Part shown: positions 55,801-64,000 of the stretch, piece after piece | Position numbering within the stretch: the stretch's first letter is position 1 | Layout: the number at the start of each line of letters is the position of its first letter | Assembly (NCBI RefSeq): GCF_009914755.1 | Contig: NC_060948.1 | Length of the DNA: 64,000 bases | DNA from: the human T2T-CHM13v2.0 reference genome, Homo sapiens | Strand: one strand, 5' to 3' | The notes under the pieces: generated by a model | Told to the model about the DNA's origin: nothing | What the model saw: the letters and a program-made list of their open reading frames with translations, nothing else | Databases searched by the model: none | Translations under genes and position numbers: made by a program

Positions 55801-58800
55801 TCCATTCCGTTCCAATTCATTCCACCCCGTTTCATGAAATTCGAGTCCTTTCCAGTACATTTCATTCCAATCCCATCCAATCCAATCTACTCCATTCAAT
55901 TCCTTTCCATTCCATTTGATTATATTCCATTGATTTGATTCCATTCAGTTTGATTCCATTCCGTGAAATTTCGTTCCATTCTATTCCATTGCATTACTTT
56001 CCATTCAATTCCATTCCATTTCATTTCAGTCCATTCGCTTCCTTTCCTTTCGATTCAATTCCATTTGATTCCACTCCATTCTATGCGATTTCATTCCAAT
56101 CGATTCAATTCCATTCGATGACATTCCTTTCGTTTCCATTCCATTCGAGTCCATTCAATTTGAGCATTCGTGTCCATTCTATTCGAGTCCATTCCATTAC
56201 CGTCTATTCTATTCCCTTCCATTCCTGTTGATTCAATTTCATTCCCTTCCATTCGATTCCTTTCCATTCGATTCCATTCCTTTCCATTCCATTCCATTCG
56301 TTCCCATTCCATGTGATTTCATTCCATTCCAGTCCATTATATTCGAGTCCACTCCACTCCATTCTATTACATTCAATTCCTTTTGAGTCCGTTCCATAAC
56401 ACTCCATTCATTTCGATTCCATTTCTTGCCAGTTTTCTTCCATTTTATTCCATTCCGTTCGATTCCATTCCATTCGATTGCATTCCGTTCGAATCCTTTC
56501 CATTCCATTTCATTCCATTCCTTTCTATTCCATTCCATTTCATTCGATTTGATTCCATTCTGTTCTATTCCATTCAATTCTTTTTCATTCCATTCGAATC
56601 CTTTCTATTGCAGTCCATTCCATTCGAGTCCATTCCAATCCCTTCCGTTCCATTCCATTACAGTCCATTCCAATAGATTCCATTCCTTTGCCTTCCATTT
56701 GAATCCATTCCATTCTAGTCCATTCCATTTGAGTCAATTCCATTCCATTCCATTCTATTCCTTTCCAATCCATTCGATTCCATTCGGCTCAATTCCATTT
56801 GATTCTCTTTCATTCTATTTTATTCCATGCCATTTGATTGCATTGCATTCCATTCCGTTTGATTCCAGTCCATTCAAGAAAGTTCCATTCCAGTCCATTG
56901 CTTTCCAGTCCATTCCATTCCACTCTAGTCTATTCCACTCCATTCCTTTCCATTCCATTCCATACTATTCCATTCCATTCCTTTGCATTCCGTTTCCAAT
57001 CTATTCGACTCCATTGCATTCCAGTCCAATCCATTCGATAACATTCCTTTTGATTCCCTGCCAGTCGATTGCATTGCATACTAGACCATTCCAAACGAGT
57101 CCATTCCATTCTATTTCAACACTTTCCATTCGACTCTGTTCGAGTCCATTCCATTCCAGTCCATTTAATTCAAGGGCATTCCATTCCATTCCATTGCATT
57201 TCATATTATTCCATTCCATTCAATTCCATTCCAGATGATTCCATTCCATTCTATACCATTGTTCTCTGTTCCATTCCATTCCATCTGTCTCCATTCCATT
57301 CGTTTTGATTCCTTTCCATTCCATTCCATTACATTTGATCCTGTTTTATTAAATTGCATTCTATTCGAGTGATTTCCATTCGAGTCCTTTCCATTAGATT
57401 CCATTCCATTCTATTCCATTCCTTTGGATTCCATTCCGTTCCGTTCCGCTCACATCAATTCCTTGCGATTCCATTACATTCGATTACTTGCCATTCGATT
57501 CCATTCCTTTTTTCTCCATTTCATTCGATTCCATTCCATTCCATTAATTTCCATTCCATTCGAGACCTTTCCATTGCAGTCTTTTCCCTTCGAGTCCATT
57601 CCGTTCGATTCCCTTCCATTCGATTCCATTCCATTGGAGTCCGTACCAGTCGAGTCCATTCTATTCCAGTCCATTAGTATCGACTCCATTACATTCGAGT
57701 GCATTCTATTCCGTGGCTGTCCATTCCATTTCGTTTGATGCCATTCCATACGATTCCATTCAATTCGAGACCATTCTATTCCTGTCCATTCCTTGTGGTT
57801 CGATTCCATTTCACTCTAGTCCATTCCATTCCATTGAATTCCATTCGACTCTATTCCGTTCCATTCAATTCCATTCCTTTCGATTCCATTTTTTCCGAGA
57901 ACCTTCCATTACACTCCCTTCCATTCCAGTGCATTCCATTCCAGTCTCTTCACTTCGATTCCATTCCATTCGTTTCGATTCCATTCCATTCCAGCGCATT
58001 CCATTCCATCCATTCCTTTCCTTTCCGTTTCATTAGATTCCATTGCATTCGATTCCATTCAATTCAATTCCGTGCTATTCAATTTGATTCATTTCCATTT
58101 AATTCCATTCCATTGGATTCCATTCCTTTCGATTCCATTCCTTTCGAATCCATTCCATTGGAGTGCATTCACTACCAGAACATTCCATTCCAGTCGAATC
58201 CATTCGAGTACATTCCATTAAAGTTCATTACATTCTAATACATTCCATTCCATTGCATTCCATTCCATTCCTTTCGATGCCATTCGATTCCATTCCATGC
58301 CAAATCATTGCATTCCTTTCCATTCCGTTCCTATCAATTCCATTCCATTCGATTTAGTTCGATTCTATTCACTTCCATTCCATTCGATTCCATTCCATTG
58401 GAGTCAATTCCTTTCGACACCCAGCCTTTCCAGTCAATGATTTTGGATTCCATTTTTTTGCATTGCATTACATTCTATGACATTCGATTCTGTTTCATTG
58501 CATTCCATTCCATACATTTTTATTCCATTCGAGACCGTAGCATTCCACTTTATTCCAGGCCTGTCCATTACACTACATTCCCTTCCATTCCAATGAATTC
58601 CATTCCATTCCAATCCATTCCTTTCCTTTCGCTTGCATTCCATTCTATTCTCTTCTACTGCATACAATTTCACTCCATTCGTTCCCATTCCATTCAATTC
58701 CATTCCATTCAATTCCATTCCATTTGTTTCCATTCTCTTCGATTCCATTTCTTTATATTCCATGCCATTCGATTCCATTCTATTGGATTGCATTACATTC

Positions 58801-61800
58801 GTGTTCATTCCATTCCAGACCATTCCATTTGACTCCATTCCTTTCGAGCCCTTTCAATTTGAGTCCATTCCTTTCCAGTCCATTTCACTCCAGTCCATTT
58901 CTATACATTCCATACCATTCCATCCCATTCCATTCCATTCCATTCCATTCCATTCCATTGCATTCCATTCCATTCCATTCCATTGCACTGCACTCCATTC
59001 CATTACATTCTACTCTATTTGAGTCGATTTTATTGCATTAGATTCTATTCCATTGGATTACTTTCCATTCGATTACATTCCATTCATGTACATTCCATTC
59101 CAGTCAATTACATTCGAGTTCATTACATTACATTCCAGTATATTCCATTCTATTCGATCCCATTCCTTTCAATTACATTTCATTCGACTCCATTATATTC
59201 GATTCCATTCCACTCGAATCCATTCCATTAGAGGACATTCCATTCCAATGCATTCCATTCCATTCCATAGCATTCCATTGCATTCGATTCCATTCCATTT
59301 GATGCCATTCCATTTGATGCCATTCCATGACATTCCATTCCATTCGAGTCCATTCCGTTCCAATTCATTCCATTCCGTTTCATGGAATTCGAGTCCTTTC
59401 CATTCCATTTCATTCCAATCCCATCCAATCCAATCTACTCCATTCAATTCCTTTCCATTCCATTTGATTATATTCCATTGATTTGATTCCATTCAGTTTG
59501 ATTCCATTCCGTGAAATTTCGTTCCATTCTATTCCATTGCATTACTTTCCATTCAATTCCATTCCATTTCATTTCAGTCCATTCGCTTCCTTTCCTTTCG
59601 ATTCAATTCCATTTGATTTCACTCCATTCTATGCGATTTCATTCCAATCGATTCAATTCCATTCGATGACATTCCTTTCGTTTCCATTCCATTCGAGTCC
59701 CTTCAATTTGAGCATTCGTGTCCATTCTATTCGAGTCCATTCCATTACCGTCTATTCTATTCCCCTCCATTCCTGTTGATTCAATTTCATTCCCTTCCAT
59801 TCGATTCCTTTCCATTCGATTCCATTCCTTTCCATTCCATTCCATTCGTTCCCATTCCATGTGAATTCATTCCATTCCAGTCCATTATATTCGAGTCCAC
59901 TCCACTCCATTCTATTACATTCAATTCCTTTTGAGTCCGTTCCATAACACTCCATTCATTTCGATTCCATTTCTTGTCAGTTTTCTTCCATTTTATTCCA
60001 TTCCGTTCGATTCCATTCCTTTCGATTGCATTCCATTCGATTGCATTCCATTCGAATCCTTTCCATTCCATTTCATTCCATTCCTTTCTATTCCATTCCA
60101 TTTCATTCGATTTGATTCCATTCTGTTCTATTCCATTCAATTCTTTTTCATTCCATTCGAATCCTTTCTATTGCAGTCCATTCCATTCGAGTCCATTCCA
60201 ATCCCTTCCATTCCATTCCATTACAGTCCATTCCAATAGATTCCATTCCTTTGCCTTCCATTCGAATGCATTCCATTCTAGTCCATTCCATTTGAGTCAA
60301 TTCCATTCTATTCCTTTCCGATCCATTCGATTCCATTCGATTCAATTCCATTTGATTCTATTTCATTCTATTTTATTCCATGCCACTTGATCGCATTGCA
60401 TTCCCTTCCGTTTGATTCCTGTCCATTCAAGAAAGTTCCATTCCAGTCCATTGCTTTCGAGTCCATTCCATTCCACTCTAGTCTATTCCACTCCATTCCT
60501 TTCCATCCCATTACATAATATTCCATTCCATTCCTTTGCATTCCGTTTCCAATCTATTCGAGTCCATTGCATTCCAGTCCAATCCATTCGATTACATTCC
60601 TTTTGATTCCCTGCCAGTCGATTGCATTGCATACTAGACCATTCCAAACGAGTCCATTCCATTCTATTTCAACACTTTCCATTCCACTCTGTTCGAGTCC
60701 ATTCCATTCCAGTCCATTTAATTCAAGGGCATTCCATTCCATTCCATTCCATTTCATATTATTCCATTCCATTCAATTCCATTCCAGATGATTCCATTCC
60801 ATTCTATACCATTGCTCTCTGTTCCATTCCATTCCATCTGTCTCCATTCCTTTCGTTTCGATTCCTTTCCATTCCATTCCATTCCATTTGATCCTATTTT
60901 ATTAAATTGCATTCTATTCGTGTGATTTCCATTCGAGTCCTTTCCATTCGATTCCATTCCATTCTATTCCATTCCTTTGGATTCCATTCCATTCCTTTCC
61001 GTTCACATCAATTCCTTGCGATTCCATTACATTCGATTTCTTGCCATTCGATTCCATTCCTTTTGACTCCATTTCATTCGATTCCATTCCATTCCATTAA
61101 TTTCCATTCCATTCGAGACCTTTGCATTGCAGTGTTTTCCCTTCGAGTCCATTCCGTTCGATTCCCTTCCATTCGATTCCATTCCATTGGAGTCCGTACC
61201 AGTCGAGTCCATTCTATTCCAGTCCATTAGTTTCGACTCCATTGCATTCGAGTGCATTCCATTCCGTGGCTGTCCATTCCATTCCGTTTGATGCCATTCC
61301 ATACGATTCCATTCAATTCGAGACCATTCTATTCCTGTCCATTCCTTGTGGTTCGATTCCATTTCACTCTAGTCCATTCCATTCCATTCAATTCCATTCG
61401 AATCTATTCCGTTCCATTCAATTCCATTCCTTTCGATTCCATTTTTTTCGGGAACCTTCCATTACACTCCCTTCCATTCCAGTGCATTCCATTCCAGTCT
61501 CTTCAGTTCGATTCCATTCCATTCGTTTCGATTCCTTTCCATTCCAGCCCATTCCATTCCATTCCATTCCTTTCCTTTCCGTTTCATTAGATTCCATTGC
61601 ATTCGATTCCATTCAATTCAATTCCGTGCTATTCAATTTGATTCATTTCCATTTAATTCCATTCCATTAGATTCCATTCCGTTCGATTCCATTCCTTTCG
61701 AATCCATTCCATTGGAGTCCATTCACTTCCAGGACATTCCATTCCAGTCGAATCCATTCGAGTACATTCCATTAAAGTTCATTACATTCTAATACATTCC

Positions 61801-64000
61801 ATTCCATTGCATTCCATTCCATTCCATTCGATGCCATTCGATTCCATTCCATGCCAAATCATTGCATTCCTTTCCATTCCGTTCCTATCAATTCCATTCC
61901 ATTCGATTTAGTTCGATTCTATTCACTTCCATTCCATTCGATTCCATTCCATTGGAGTCAATTCCTTTCGACACCCAGCCTTTCCATTCAATGATTTTGG
62001 AGTCCATTTTTTTACATTCCATTACATTCTATGACATTCGATTCCGTTTCATTGCATTCCATTCCATACATTTTTATTCCATTCGAGACCGTAGCATTCC
62101 GCTTTATTCCAGGCCTGTCCATTACACTACATTCCCTTCCATTCCAATGAATTCCATTCCATTCCAATCCATTCCTTTCCTTTCGCTTGCATTCCATTCT
62201 ATTCTATTCTACTGCATACAATTTCACTCCATTCGTTCCCATTCCATTCAATTCCATTCCATTCAATTCCATTCCATTTGTTTCCATTCTCTTCGATTCC
62301 ATTTGTTTATATTCCATGCCATTCGATTCCATTCTATTGGATTGCATTACATTCGTGTTCATTCCATTCCAGACCATTCCATTTGACTCCATTCCTTTCG
62401 AGCCCTTTCAATTTGAGTCCATTCCTTTCCAGTCCATTTCACTCCAGTCCATTACTATCCATTCCATACCATTCCATCCCATTCCATTCCATTCCATTCC
62501 ATTCCATTCCATTCCATTCCATTCCATTGAACTGCACTCCATTCCATTACATTCTACTCTATCGGAGTCGATTTTATTACATTAGATTCTATTCCATTGG
62601 ATTACTTTCCATTCGATTACATTTCATTCATGTACATTCCATTCCAGTCAATTACATTCGAGTTCATTACATTACATTCCAGTATATTCCATTGTATTCG
62701 ATCCCATTCCTTTCAATTCTTTTCATTCGACTCCATTATATTCGATTCCATTCCACTCGAATCCATTCCATTAGAGGACATTCCATTCCAATGCATTCCA
62801 TTCCATTCCATAGCATTCCATTCCATTCGATTCCATTCCATTTGATGCCATTCCATTTGATGCCATTCCATGACATTCCATTCCATTCGAGTCCATTCCG
62901 TTCCAATTCATTCCATTCCGTTTCATGAAATTCGAGTCCTTTCCAGTACATTTCATTCCAATCCCATCCAATCCAATCTACTCCATTCAATTCCTTTCCA
63001 TTCCATTTGATTAGATTCCATTGATTTGATTCCATTCAGTTTGATTCCATTCCGTGAAATTTCCTTCCATTCTCTTCCATTGCATTAGTTTCCATTCAAT
63101 TCCATTCCATTTCATTTCAGTCCATTCGCTTCCTTTCCTTTCGATTCAATTCCATTTGATTCCACTCCATTCTATGCGATTTCATTCCAATCGATTCAAT
63201 TCCATTCGATGACATTCCTTTCGTTTCCATTCCATTCGAGTCCATTCAATTTGAGCATTCGTGTCCATTCTATTCGAGTCCATTCCATTACCGTCTATTC
63301 TATTCCCTTCCATTCCTGTTGATTCAATTTCATTCCCTTCCATTCGATTCCTTTCCATGCGATTCCATTCCTTTCCATTCCATTCCATTCGTTCCCATTC
63401 CATGTGATTTCATTCCATTCCAGTCCATTATATTCGAGTCCACTCCACTCCATTCTATTACATTCAATTCCTTTTGAGTCCGTTCCATAACACTCCATTC
63501 ATTTCGATTCCATTTCTTGCCAGTTTTCTTCCACTTTATTCCATTCCGTTCGATTCCATTCCATTCGATTGCATTCCATTCGAATCCTTTCCATTCCATT
63601 TCATTCCATTGCTTTCTATTCCATTCCATTTCATTCGATTTGATTCCATTCTGTTCTATTCCATTCAATTCTTTTTCAATCCATTCGAATCCTTTCTATT
63701 GCAGTCCATTCCATTCGAGTCCATTCCAATCCCTTCCATTCCATTCCATTACAGTCCATTCCAATAGATTCCATTCCTTTGCCTTCCATTCGAATCCATT
63801 CCATTCTAGTCCATTCCATTTGAGTCAATTCCATTCCATTCCATTCTATTCCTTTCCAATCCATTCGATTCCATTCGATTCAATTCCGTTTGATTCTCTT
63901 TCATTCTATTTTATTCCATGCCATTTGATTGCATTGCATTCCATTCCGTTTGATTCCAGTCCATTCAAGAAAGTTCCATTCCAGTCCATTGCTTTCCAGT

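Larger units (their letters stand above)
1..64000 (+). repeat. DYZ1: Human satellite III (HSat3) tandem array, DYZ1 family (Yq12 heterochromatin), ~3.55 kb higher-order unit built of diverged CATTC/TTCCA pentamers
   Basis: Continuous TTCCA pentamers and variants (TTCGA, TTCAA, TTGCA, GTCCA, TTCCT) from base 1 to 64000. The landmark CCAGGCCTGTCC (HaeIII GGCC) recurs at 2071, [5620, mutated], 9159, 12501, 16065, 19609, 23127, 26651, 30210, 33759, 37308, 40867, 44416, 47975, 51518, 55015, 58558 and 62112. Spacings are 3549, 3539, 3342, 3564, 3544, 3518, 3524, 3559, 3549, 3549, 3559, 3549, 3559, 3543, 3497, 3543 and 3554 bp. One conserved EcoRI site lies 37 bp after each landmark (e.g. 2108). This matches my recollection of DYZ1 as a ~3.56 kb EcoRI/HaeIII pentamer repeat; no database search was run. 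Confidence 0.96.

Noticed and set aside
66-63864. Hundreds of ORFs on both strands (FHSIP-like on +, MEWNG-like on -), up to 313 aa
   Set aside because: (CATTC)n has no stop codon in any frame, so it translates to these 5-residue cycles. ORFs overlap in all frames, + strand starts are TTG or similar, and 5-bp indels shift frames freely between copies. There is no domain or other sign of coding constraint.
1-64000. CRISPR-like or other prokaryotic repeat-spacer system
   Set aside because: There are no unique spacers, constant-length direct repeats with variable inserts, or cas-like ORFs. All sequence is pentamer-derived.
1-64000. HSat2, or HSat3 from chromosome 9 or the acrocentrics
   Set aside because: It lacks the HSat2 CATTCGATGATG-type pattern. 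The ~3.56 kb period, restriction landmarks, four phase slips and primer matches point to DYZ1.
1-64000. DYZ2 (HSat1B/Alu) block, retroelement insertion or strand inversion
   Set aside because: I saw no AT-rich, Alu-like or poly(A) segment and no GGAAT-strand switch anywhere.

Overview
The whole 64 kb window is one uninterrupted head-to-tail tandem array of (CATTC)n/(GGAAT)n human satellite III (HSat3). It has a ~3.55 kb higher-order unit: 17 complete units plus two partial ends, all with CATTC on the + strand. Unit size (mostly 3497-3564 bp, one unit exactly 3564), one conserved HaeIII and one conserved EcoRI site per unit, four conserved pentamer phase slips and matches to the classical Y1.1/Y1.2 sexing primers identify it as the DYZ1 satellite of human Yq12 heterochromatin. 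I see no credible protein-coding gene, RNA gene, transposon, CRISPR array, DYZ2 block or inversion; the ORF track is an artefact of translating a pentamer repeat. I find no evidence of a new gene-encoded system. The informative signal is structural and regulatory: (i) two constitutive and one polymorphic perfect three-unit heat-shock elements per unit; (ii) a recent ~9 kb duplication with a 10,657 bp (3-unit) period; (iii) a mosaic of unit subtypes shared across distant copies; (iv) a 216 bp deletion and several smaller indels; (v) gain and loss of restriction sites; (vi) a more diverged block at ~52-61 kb. All coordinates were read by eye and by ORF-track offsets, so breakpoints are approximate.
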